From positions 33,480,001 to 33,544,000 of the forward strand of contig OZ260664.1 of NCBI GenBank assembly GCA_965285935.1: 64,000 nucleotides of DNA. The letters run 5' to 3'. The stretch comes from Ophelia neglecta (taxonomy: Eukaryota). The notes under the pieces are model-generated. The model had not been told where the DNA came from, made no database searches, and saw only the letters and a list, made by a program, of their open reading frames with translations. This document shows positions 12,301 to 24,200 of this stretch, piece by piece. A program made the position numbers and the translations under genes. How positions within the stretch are numbered: position 1 is the first letter of the stretch; the number at the start of each line of letters is the position of its first letter.

Positions 12301-15300
12301 TAGTTTACAGCTTAACACTCTGGGTAAATTGCACTCAAACATCGCCCAGAGAATCGTACTGCTCAATTACCTATTCATTGCGGACCGTAAATATACTTCA
12401 CTGAAAGCAACTGTCTACTTTCCTAGTGCGATAATAGCTTTAGCAATTTAGGTGAATTTTGTAATTTCAGTACTTGATAATGTGTAGTACAGTCCTGCTG
12501 GAACACTTTATGGTTTTGGAACACGGGAAACCGCAAACCAATATGTATCATAGGCCCGTTCAATGTATGGTCGTGGTGGTGGTGGGGAGCTCTGAAAATG
12601 ACAGATAACAAAATATCAGCAGGAAACATTTAATTTCGTCTTTGTTTTGCTAATCATATAAATGTACACTAGTTCCTTATCTAGGCGACTTCTCTTAGTG
12701 TTGTATTTACCTAATAATGGGCAAGAAACCGAGTTAACCTTTCATCAGGTACTCACTCGATAGTTACATGTTTGTATATATTAACAGTGTGACACGAATC
12801 ATACGACTATTATAATTACACATTTTGAAATGGACGCACAATAATATGATATGCAGCCACATCTTGCTGGCGAATGCTGCTTGATTTTATTTAAGCATTT
12901 ATAGCCCGATTCGCATCCGCTACATGGAGTTTCAAAAATATAATTTGAACGATATTGTTTTGAAACTGGAAGAGACGGACGAAAACAGAATTGAATCACT
13001 GGTCATGAGTACATCTTTCAGTCAATGGTACATCAGGGAATGACAGTTGAATAACAAAACTGGATGAATATCAAATGCCGGCGTAAATTAATGGGACTCC
13101 CTTGGGTATTAGGCTTCGATAGACTCATTTTGCTAACCATTTTACCAATCCATGACTCCCCGGTCTTGAATTTCTATATATAAAGTATCTGTCGGCTATT
13201 ACCAATCGGCTTAGGCGGATGTAGGAGGAGGAGGTCTTATTTTTGCATTAGTATGGTAATTATCTTCGTCTGCAGACATGATTATACTTAGTAACTAGAA
13301 ATACTCGATAATTTGAAAAGCCACATGAAATCGTGGATTAAGGGGCCATTTTCCTTAGTATTCACCATTCTTTCAAGCGTTACTTCCGTTATCTTTGTTT
13401 TTTCTTTATCACTACTTAATTATTCTATGACGAGCACACATCAAGCATTCTGTAAGGTCAAGAATGACATTATTACTTAGTAACCATCATTGATATTTAA
13501 TACTTTTGGATACCTTTTTGTAGTTTTCGGGCCTTATTTTTTGGTTAAGAGGAGGACCATAGAGGTGAAATCACGTAAATGTATTAATGGAAGGGACCCA
13601 GCATATATAGTATTTAGTAAAATTAGAGACCCGTGTGGTGATTAACCGGGATTTCGACTACAGGTCCCTAATTGACTAGACCTTTTCCGAATACTGGTGC
13701 ATTTCGTCACCTAGCCGCTTTACTATTTTCAGTCCAGGGGACCTTGCGGCCAGGATTTCAATATTTGTACACACCTATAAATAGTACGCTGATTAAATTT
13801 CAATATGATTGAGCCACATATAGTTCACAAGAATGGTCACCAAGATTGGCGGCAGTCATTGATCTTTTTGCAATCGTATCACAAATATTGGTAAAGGCAA
13901 CCAATGGTAAGTTATAGCTGCTCTCGCGTGTAATTCTTGTATAGTTCCTAGTAATAGAATATATGTGTTTGATTTGTCTGTGGGAATGTGATGGATACAC
14001 GAGACAAGTGAGATGAACTCATCTTCAAAATGTCATCAACAATAATGTAATTCATTTAGTCGACTGCATCCTGGCATTTAGATCAACTTGGTCACGCTAT
14101 CGCTAGGCGTCAACGTCAGATAGTCGAGTGCTCCGATATCTTCATAACTTACACCCATCATAGGAAATATGTGAACCCGCGACAAGCCGACTATTGTAAT
14201 TACCTCCTAGCACGCGACCCAGCCATTTGTCTCAGAGATGTAGACAAACGCAGTCGCTAACGTTAAATGAATTGATATTCTAACAAAAAAATGATAAGTA
14301 CCAAGCTCATAGGTTTCTATTAAGAATGCTATCATCCATAATACTCAAACCGTTCTCATGAGTACACTATTGGAGAGTTGTCTTTATGTCTGTGCATATG
14401 AATTGCGAATGAAGACAATTGAATGCTGTTGTCTAATGAATACTAGTGGTTTATATGGTGTAATTATAGCAAGGTACAAGCTGGAATAGAAGACTTATTG
14501 AATCTGCAATCTAATGCAACCGGACATGCGATTCTTGTCGGAAAGACGCCTCATAGTTGGGGCAATTCAAGCTGCATTTCTGTCAAATCTGTCTGTAAGT
14601 AATTTGCAAACTAGACCAAAAGCATTGACAAAACTGCCTTTTATCGTTCATGCTGTTCACACCAAGACGAGCGAACACCAAAAGTACCACTATTTCAATT
14701 ATCTATGGCTGATTTCGGTCGACATACCATTTGCTGTGTGCTTAAATTTGTAAGATGAAATTTATGTAGCGCCGACCGTTTTCTACTATAAGGTTCAGAG
14801 AGATAGCGTCTGTCAGAGATATGACATGTGAGATATGTTAAATATGATATCAGAAATTAGTTCTCTATGATTCATTTGAGGTTGGTTTGTTCCTTGAAAC
14901 AAACCGCTCACTGCACAGTAAAGAGGCTAATATTAATATATTGAGTGAAATAATCTAAGTCAAAGTTCTATGAAACAATAAAAGTCAAATCATAATATTT
15001 AAAGTTTGTATCCTCATGTTCAAAATCACGATAATTGTTGGCAGCATAATATTTACTTATTATTAACTGGGTTCAAACATGTTTTCATCGTGTTACAATG
15101 AAATGAGGAAGAACTTGTTTCTCTGAATTTATTAAGAAATGAGCAATGCCATACAAGTGAGGTCAGTTCGACACCCACATGTCTGCTTACCATGTGGAAA
15201 TTTACCTAAAGTATTTCCAGTAATAAATTTAATAATGCACCGTATTAAACATCCATGACAATAAAGGTACAAATTAGTGGTCCACAATTTGATTATCGCT

Positions 15301-16649
15301 TCATTAAGCCTTATATATTGAGAGCGAATATAGAGCACGCATGTTGATGTGCAATTGCAGCGCTATGATCAGTTTTCATAACGTTTTTAGTATCTGTTGA
15401 ACCACAACCACTAGTACCACATGTGGAACCATCATATTTCGGCCCCCAGGGAGTACATTCTGTGGCTGGCCTTAAGACCTACTGTTTTGCAAATAGTGGA
15501 TAAATGTGTCTAATTTAGGAGGTAATGTAGACAGGCAGTACTTGCACCAAATATATTACTGTGAAGCTTCATATAGAAAGATGCCTACATGTAAATACTT
15601 TGCTCATAGCTGTACGTGTTGTAATTGTTTATAACCATTTTTGCGCATCAGACTGATTGTGGGGTATCAGCAACAATTACTTACAGAGGTATAACAAAAT
15701 GGCGTTGCACGAAATCGCATAAAACCGGCACTGATAACTCTGGCATTATTTCAATTGGTTTCCATAAACTACGATTAAAATGATTTGATATTCACACTTC
15801 ATGCGAATTTAGTTGGTAAAAATGTCATACGCGAAAATAAATATTTAAAAATAAGGTATGCGAAGGCATTTTTGGTTGATTGACTCAAATATATTTGCAT
15901 CAGGTTCAACCAGTGCCTTTTAAGAACTGTCAAATACTGCGCCAATGCGGTATTATAAGACTGAACGGCGTATTCTTTCTTTCGTTCATTTAGTACAATT
16001 GAATTCTTATACATTTACCATTTGTATTCAACTGCAATTATTAGATTTGTTAACGTGATTTTACACAAACGTAAAATGTACCGTTTTTAGTTTGTGTGTG
16101 ACAACCTTCTCTATCACCGATTTTAATTGGGTGTATCAAGATCAATGTATTTATTATCTATATATAATAGTATGTCCAAAATATTTTATTTGAACCATTT
16201 ATCCTACATAACACGCCATGTAACCCCCCCCCCCTCACGCAATTGTTTTTCAGTTTGACCAGAGAGACACCTTAGTATAATCTGCCTCCTGAATGTCTGA
16301 TCAAATAACCGTATAGTCAATGAATCATATTGTTCTATACAACCTAGGATTAACTGGAAGCCGAACCCTCTAAGAATTCACTATGGGTTCTGCCCCCTGA
16401 ACAACTGTAGTCGGATATTACCGCATAAACATCTATCTCGTGCTCATCACCTATTGACATCTGTATATTAGACAGTTAGCTTTGATATAGTTTACCAATA
16501 TTTTAATTGGCATGACAAAATACTTTGTATGGTTGTTTAAATTGGTCTTTACATGTTTTATATTCATGTGTAGCGTTTTATTAAACAATTTCATTGACCC
16601 ATTGAGTTTGGTTTTAGTCTTTGTCCTGTGTTTTATGTCCCCTGCGATG

Positions 16650-16686
16650 AGAGAGAGAGAGAGAGAGAGAAAAGAAAGAAAAAAAA
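16650..16686. repeat. (GA)n microsatellite with A-rich tail
   Basis: About 10 GA units followed by AAAG/A runs. Confidence 0.9.
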
Positions 16687-17108
16687 GACCCAGCTTAAAT
16701 ATATGAAACAAACCCTTCACGTCCGTTTTGAGTCTATTTTACAATTACAATTATAATATATATTGGTATATATAATTATTTTATATTTCATTATATTTCG
16801 TTATATTTGTTTATTATTCCTCTTTTATTTTTCCGACAAAGAAGCGTCCTTTATCATTTGCGTTTCATTTAAAAGAACATCCAAGTAGATTCACGCCAAC
16901 ATGCAATTAAACCGCCTTTATAGCATTTTATATGATTTTCGTGCGATTGCAAGCTTTTGTTTTCATATAAAGGCTAATATCCAGTCACTGGAAACTACTC
17001 ATATTTGCAAACGTATCAATATGGTTGAAATTAGACAAGATTGTATGATATTTCATCACTGCGCTCGAGAAAGATTCTTGTCCGAAGTAGATCTTGTGTG
17101 TAATTGTG

Positions 17109-17114
17109 TTTATT
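17109..17114 (-). terminator. Candidate polyadenylation signal AATAAA of TMTC1
   Basis: TTTATT on the + strand ~600 nt past the stop. Further copies near 16810-16830 make the real site uncertain. Confidence 0.35.
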
Positions 17115-17709
17115 GAAGAACGCGTAAGGTAGGCATACAAGTCAATTCTGTAAAATATTAACATATCATTTCTACGACTGTGCTGTCAATGGAAAATATT
17201 TGTTTACCCCTACAATAAGAGTAATGGCATGTAATGCCGGGTATCCTTTGTCAAAGTTTTGGATACAGCAGGCAATAAAAACTACTGTTACTGATGTAAC
17301 CTAATATATAGGCAATTCTATTCATGTTATATTTGTTTTGAGCGTCTCAACCCTTTCTATTGAACAATGTTCTTCAGTTAGTAAAAGGATACGGAACATT
17401 GAGTCTTTTTAACAACAATTTTTAAACTGATACTGTTTAGACTACTTGATTCCATGATTCGAGGGTTTCCTACTTCAAGCAAGCATGTATCATGTCATTA
17501 ACACACAGTTATTTGGGAACTATGGTAAAATAAATCCAGAATAGCACGTGGATCTATTCATCATGTAGATACACATCCATGCCAGGGTGGTCCGATCCAG
17601 AGAAATTAAACGAAATGCACAGATTAGCACCATATGTAGAAAATGTTTGTTTGGTCCATTATTTAAAATAATGGTGGTCAATAATTAAGCTCTATTCCGA
17701 TAAAAACGA

Positions 17710-18204
17710 TCAACCAAAATCCGAAACAGATGGAGTTATGTTCTCAACAAACGGAGATTTTCCTTTAGCCTGGAAGTGCACTTGTAGTTTTGAATCTGAA
17801 GAGTTGAACCTATGCCGAACCTTATTGGCGTCAGTCCGAGACACGATATCTTCAGAAGCATTTTTCTCACTTGGTTCATGGGTGACCACGTTCATTTCTA
17901 AATAGTGAGAAACTTGATTTACACCACGAAGGTTATTATCGTTTTCGAACAAAACGATGTCAGAATGAGAGCATGTAGCTTGTTTCGCGGGTTTGCTTTT
18001 AAAATCCTCTGACTGTTTAACAGCAACGGCTCTCATTAGCTTCGCCATATTTTCCTGCAAGACCGGTTTGTCTGGTTGAATGTTAATTGCATGTGTGTAA
18101 TGGGTCATTGCTCTTTCTAAGTCCCCCTGAATATGATAGAACACACCGAGGTTGTGGTGGGCCTCCCCTAGTTCTGGGTCGTGTAGCACCGCTTGCTGAT
18201 AATG
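17710..18204 (-). CDS. TMTC1: TMTC1 terminal coding exon 17 (last TPRs plus ~110-aa tail)
   Basis: atttcAG acceptor, HYQQAV...AHHNLG...ENMAKL, stop TGA at 17710-17712. Confidence 0.92.
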   Translation of the reverse strand, partial: HYQQAVLHDPELGEAHHNLGVFYHIQGDLERAMTHYTHAINIQPDKPVLQENMAKLMRAVAVKQSEDFKSKPAKQATCSHSDIVLFENDNNLRGVNQVSHYLEMNVVTHEPSEKNASEDIVSRTDANKVRHRFNSSDSKLQVHFQAKGKSPFVENITPSVSDFG

Positions 18205-21200
18205 CTGAAATAGATAAAACGTTTACATTAATTTGCCTAGTCGCCAAATGAATGATTTGCTTTTGCAAAAGCTGTGATATATGAAACCATACATTTAAAC
18301 TCACGTATAACGCCAAATCCAGATTGTCCAGGTCTCTGTAGTGTTTGCCAAGATTCAGGTAAAACACAGCAGCTGTCCCATTATTTTCAACATACTGTAA
18401 TTTATCTTCTAAAATTTCGACTGCCTGTAAAAATTTGCTTGAATCATTTAGACAATAGTTTTGTAAGATTAATTGGATTGATTGAGGATATAATTAGTTT
18501 AACCATATAACAACCCATTTACTGTAATGTCCATCGTCTTACCTTTTTGTGTTGTTTCATGTTACCATAAATGCTTGCCAGCATTAATGGGGCATCGCAG
18601 CAATCATTATTGCTTTTGATGACGCCTAAAAGGGCATCTCTGGCCTGGTCGTATCGTCCCGCTTCGCTTAAACTGTGTGCCTTCAACAAACGTACGCAAG
18701 TGGATTTGTAATTAAATGTAATTTAATATGTATTTCATGAAACGCCAAATATTTCTTGATGTCTTTTTACGGAAAATACCTTAAAATTCAGATGTATAAG
18801 AAAACACATATAATTGGTAGCATGGAACTTTTCTTCTTGATATACAGCTTTGAAAATGCTTACCGTTTCTCTTTTATTGTAACGATATTTGTTCAGTTGT
18901 AGTCAACTGGTATAAATACCAAAAAAAGAAATACAAGCAGTGCATACCAAATGAATGCCATACGTTGCACGTTTCGGCTCAGCATTGTGTGCTTTCTGGA
19001 ACATGTCAATTGCTTTTTCAAGGTTTCCTGTTTTCAGGTAGAATACTCCAGCCATGTCAGTCGTGTAAGGATCATCGGAAACAGCCATGGCCCTTCACAA
19101 AAATAAATACATCCTTGGCTTAAAAAACACTAGGGCTCTTCGTAATTTGCAATGAATTTCGTCAGCTGTCGAATCATTTGCTATATACCTGGTAAACAGA
19201 ATGCGAGCTTCTTCTTGACGGCCGATGCGTGCCATTAATCTACCAGCTACCCGCAATGTCAAATGATTTGATGGATCGATTTCTGAAGCTCTTTTGATAT
19301 GCGACAGCGCATCCTTATAAGAACCTTTAAACAGCAATACCTTTAATATGTTGTTTACAAAACGGATAGAGCATCAAATGCTTCTATTTGGCGAAAGGGT
19401 TGTTATATTCTTAAACTTGATTGGAAATCTATGCATGTCTGATATGCAATAACATTGACAACATGTACCTTTCAAATGTAGAAATTCTGCATAGTGGGTG
19501 TGAACGTTCGCATCAGTAGGAAAGTTACGAATGGCATTTTGGTACAAAGAATTTGCTTCTTTATCCAGATCCTGTTCATTGTATATAGTTGCAAGAATAA
19601 ATAGAGGTGCAACGCTATGTTTATCACATTTCATTGATGACTTCAAACTTTCTATAGCTTCCATCGTTCGAGATTGTTTCCTGGATGTAATAACATTATT
19701 TAGAATAAAACAATAAAACATAATGAGAACTAACAAATGCAGATCTACCAACACGTGTAAGGTATAAATGATACAAATAAAACATTCTGAAATACTGGGT
19801 AAGTTGCCTGTAACTAACTAGGTGTATTTGATTCTAAAGGCAAACGGGCTGGATTAAAGAATGAGACTGTAATCTGTTACCAGAGATTTGCTCCAAGGTT
19901 AAAATGAGCATTTGCATGACAGGGAACTATATTCAGCGACTCCCTATAATATCGCTCCGCTTCAGCTGGGTTGTTGAGTAAGGTTCCCAGATTATTGTAT
20001 GCACTGGCATAATTCGGCCATAATCTAAAATAAAGGAACAATGTGATAATTATATATCGTCTTTATCATTTTAATATAACATGATTCATCGCAATAGAAA
20101 AAAGTCTGAAGTGCGGCGGTATTTCTTTCTTTATTAAACAAACCTAATGGCATTTTGATAATACTGCTTAGACGCGGCATATCGTCCTTGGTCCTTCAGA
20201 TAGTTTGCATAGTTGTAATGCATCTTTGCGTTGCGTGGTGAATCAACCAGCCCGGATCTGAAATAATGTAACAAGACTTAACATAGACAGAAGCTAATTT
20301 GAAGCATGAACTTACTGCACAATAGTCTTGAACATGCCACATTTTCATATCACTAGTGCCAGACAGACCAATGACGGAGTGGTAGTTGACAGCGTCACGT
20401 CTAGTATTGCCGTTATCAAACAGTGTGGTGAAATAAATTGATATCGATATTGACATGGAACATTGCGGACGACTTTGTGTCTCCATACAACCCAGGAATA
20501 TCTCACACTGAAGCAGTGCTTCCGGGGAATTGCTGAACGTTCATAAATTTAATTTCCTTGACGGGTTAGAAGAGCCACTGGTGAATGTATTCAATGCGAA
20601 ATGCAATCAAGTGCCCGCAGCAGTCTAGTAGACATGGGCGCTGTAATGGGCTTCTTGTCAGAGGCAGATGAACCTATCTTGTACGTTTACCCAATCAATA
20701 GCATTATCTGCGTCGAGTCACTTTTCTTGCAGCTTTGAACAACTTGGATGTCTTAAATTTTGGCTGCATTATTTGAGCAATTTTATATCATCTTTGAAAT
20801 GTTGCCAACATGTCTATGTTGTTTTGTTTTTTTGGGGGGGGGGGGGGGGGTAATAACAAAATAAGCAAAGGTCCACCACAAGTGACGATATTTCTTACCT
20901 AAAAAGTGTCTCTCTGGTTTGCCAGACTTTGTTTCTTGTGATAGTTCTTCCTGCTAGTACAAGGCATACCATTATAAATAAAACCCATTGCAAAATCCTA
21001 GCATCGTGGAACCGTCTTAACATCAGCTGTAAACCTGTGACTATTATAATGATTAGCCCCATGCTGAAATATAAAAGTACGAAATAGGTGCATTCACCGC
21101 TGAATAAGACAGGCACATGTGCAAATGTGGCAGGGATGTGTATATATTATGCGTTTGAGTTAGGCTTACCTTGGAAGATATAAAATTCTCTCTGCTATCA

Positions 21201-24200
21201 CAAATCCAACAGGAAATAACACATTTGAAGCCGGCAAAAAAGGCAAAACCAAGAACAATAATCCAACGGTGATTTGCTTATTTGATGAACTCTGTAGATG
21301 AAAGGTCAGTGTGAAATACAAAACTGCACATCCCTGATATGAACGACGACTAAATTTGATAATAATGATGCTCAAATGTCTAAGTACAGAATAAAAACAA
21401 ATTTAAAATTTATTTCTCTGCCATTATTACTTCATATATTCATACATTCACGACTCATTTGGACATATCACATCTGTTTATACCTGTTGATAGATAATCT
21501 TCCACGACAACAGACAAAATATCACAGATAACACCAGGGTTCCGACATTTCTCATATCAGCGAAACTGTGTATTAACGGAACTGTACTTAATTGATAATC
21601 ATAACTCATTCGAGCCGGACATATCAACAGCCACAAGTTTAGAACCGGCAGATATGCGTATGTTAGTAATCTGCAACAAAAATGAGGACACATGATGAAG
21701 TTTGCTGTTCTAGCAAACACAACGCATAACGCATACATACGTTATAATATATTCTATATATATTCTATATAATCATCAGCTACCGATTTTACTTCTGAAC
21801 CACTTTAGTCTCATGCTGAACAATTAGAAAATCTGCTATGGAAAAAAAAAGAAAATTGTAATCCACATTCACTTGAGAGAAATTACATTCATAGATATGT
21901 TGACATTCAGCCTTAGAAAATAATGTTCTCTTAAAACAGTACCTTCCAGTCATTTTAAGCATATTTGGGAGTATATGAAATCGCGGAATTAATAATTTAT
22001 TTTTTGGGAAACATAATGTTTACCCTTGCTGGACTTTACATAAGGGCAACTGTTACAGTAAGATTAGATCCTAGATCCTGTCGAGCCACAAATTTTGCTA
22101 TCTTATAAATGTTTCGGGTGTCAAAATGAACATATATAAAATTGATATAATCGAGTTATTACTTGATACACAGTTGATATTCAACTTTCAACATGTAATA
22201 TTACAATGTGTAATACGATATCTATTTCACATAATCGAATGTATTAACTGACATGAGTGAGTGTTTTCAATTAGAGAGTAGCACTTTCGTTGGGTGGTAT
22301 TGGCAAACAGGCTGATATTACCAGGTTTGTTAAACCAATGTTTAAAAATGTATATAGGGACAGAAACATAAAAAACTACAGAATTCTTTTGTGTTAGTAA
22401 TATACAATCGTGAAATTTCATTATTTCGTTATTGAAAGGGGACGGATAATGAAGAAAGTATATGATGTATTGAATAACAAGGTTAATATATCACTCACTT
22501 TGTTAACAGTGACGAGGAAAAGGCCGCCGGGTTGTCTTGCTCGGTGAAAGTTGGCAGCTGCCACCCTTGCACCCGGATTCTTACATATAAAAATATTATG
22601 GCCTAAAAATGAATAGCAGTAAGAAATAGCAAACATGAATAAACCCACCACTCAAATTAACAAAACATAGTCTGATAAACTTTTAACCTCAATTAAGCAC
22701 GCGTAGTGAAAGAAACATACTGTTAAAGATAACCCTATGTGTCTTGGCGTATTTTGTGAAAAGATACGCTTCAAGGACGGGAACCGATGTCTGCCTTTTC
22801 TGAAACGTAAATTCAATATGATAAAACTGGTCGTTTATACAGTCCTTCATATATCTTAAATCGATAAATGAATCAAACTAAGGTTATTCGAACGACTCAC
22901 ACGATGGCTATGTTGGTGTGTACAAGTGTAGGTTTTATTTGCCATTGTTTTAACATCTTTACTGGGACAATTTCAACTCAAGTCTCTAAATTATTCTCGT
23001 GATGGTTTGACTTTTTCCCCGGGTATCTACTCTAGTTTTTCGTATACATATATACCGCAGGCTTTGAATTTAGGCAATTTAAGATAACAATGCAAATAAT
23101 TCAATGTGTAATGCTTTTAATGGATTTTTGGTGTGCCTAATAACAATATTGTTATCACTTCTAACATACATATGTTAGCATATATCAGGTTAATGACATA
23201 ATAAAAGTGTGTGTTTTCTGTCTTATTGGCCCGTCTGGTTTTCATGTATTAACCAACGTACTCTCCAAAATAAAAAGGATTTTTTGGCTCACCCTTTTGT
23301 CGGCTTATCAAGAACTTCAATCATTTCTGTACAGAAACAGACCCCTAAAACTGTAATACCCTGTTCTTTGGCCAACATGGCACATCCCGCCAATAGCAAC
23401 GTGCATGGATATAGAAGAGCCCTAACAATTTGAGGCCGGCGTCCAAGCATCACTCTCCGAGACCTGGAAATGAAGTGAAAACTTATCAGTAACAGCCTCG
23501 TGCTTAATCGACATGTTTTTCCACAGTTTGGCGCCGCTGAACAGTGGTTTTTATGTTGTCCACAATTAGTCATATCTTACTTATAACAAATAAGTTTCTC
23601 TTGTGAAAGCTTCTAGATTCGATAACAAGTGATCGGTATAGTTTGCAACTTTTAAGTGGCACCATAGAAGTTTTTGCGTCATGGTATAATCCAATAGAAG
23701 ATCAACTTAATATGTCGAAGTATAACTGGTGTATAATTATTTAGTATTCATGTATATATGCTTTACATCTACACATTGCCAGTGCCGATTGAGTAAGTGG
23801 TAATGTAATTCTAGTTAAAATGATTGAAAGTGATCATATGGGGAGCAATTTAAATACATATGATGATACCTTGATCAATCAAATGGAGTAAAGGCAGAAG
23901 CTACGCGAGAACTTCGGTTCGATTGAGATTGAACTGGGCAGTAGATGGATTTAAAATAAAATTTGAAATAAGAGTGTCACTTTGACAATACATTACAATT
24001 ATGGTCGCACTATTTTGAGTGAGAGCTTTCGTACTCACCCGAGATAAGTCACGTAACTCAGAAGGTAGAAGACCGCGCAGAGTACATCTGCTCTCCCCAC
24101 TATCCCAGCTACCTAGAATAAGCAATACAATCTCAATATGAAAAGCAACCTCAAATATATTGTGTGAAGAAATAGCAATCCTAGTTGCAAAGACAGAGCC

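Noticed and set aside
512-17116. Many 60-117-aa ORFs in the ORF track outside TMTC1 and LINE fragments (likewise 40-62 kb)
   Set aside because: No recognisable domains, random-like composition, and many non-ATG starts; expected by chance.
22901-22961. Possible alternative TMTC1 exon (phase 2 to 0, GTGAGT donor), mutually exclusive with 22721-22799
   Set aside because: Weak acceptor, no family similarity, and not needed for the frame. It cannot be supported without RNA data.
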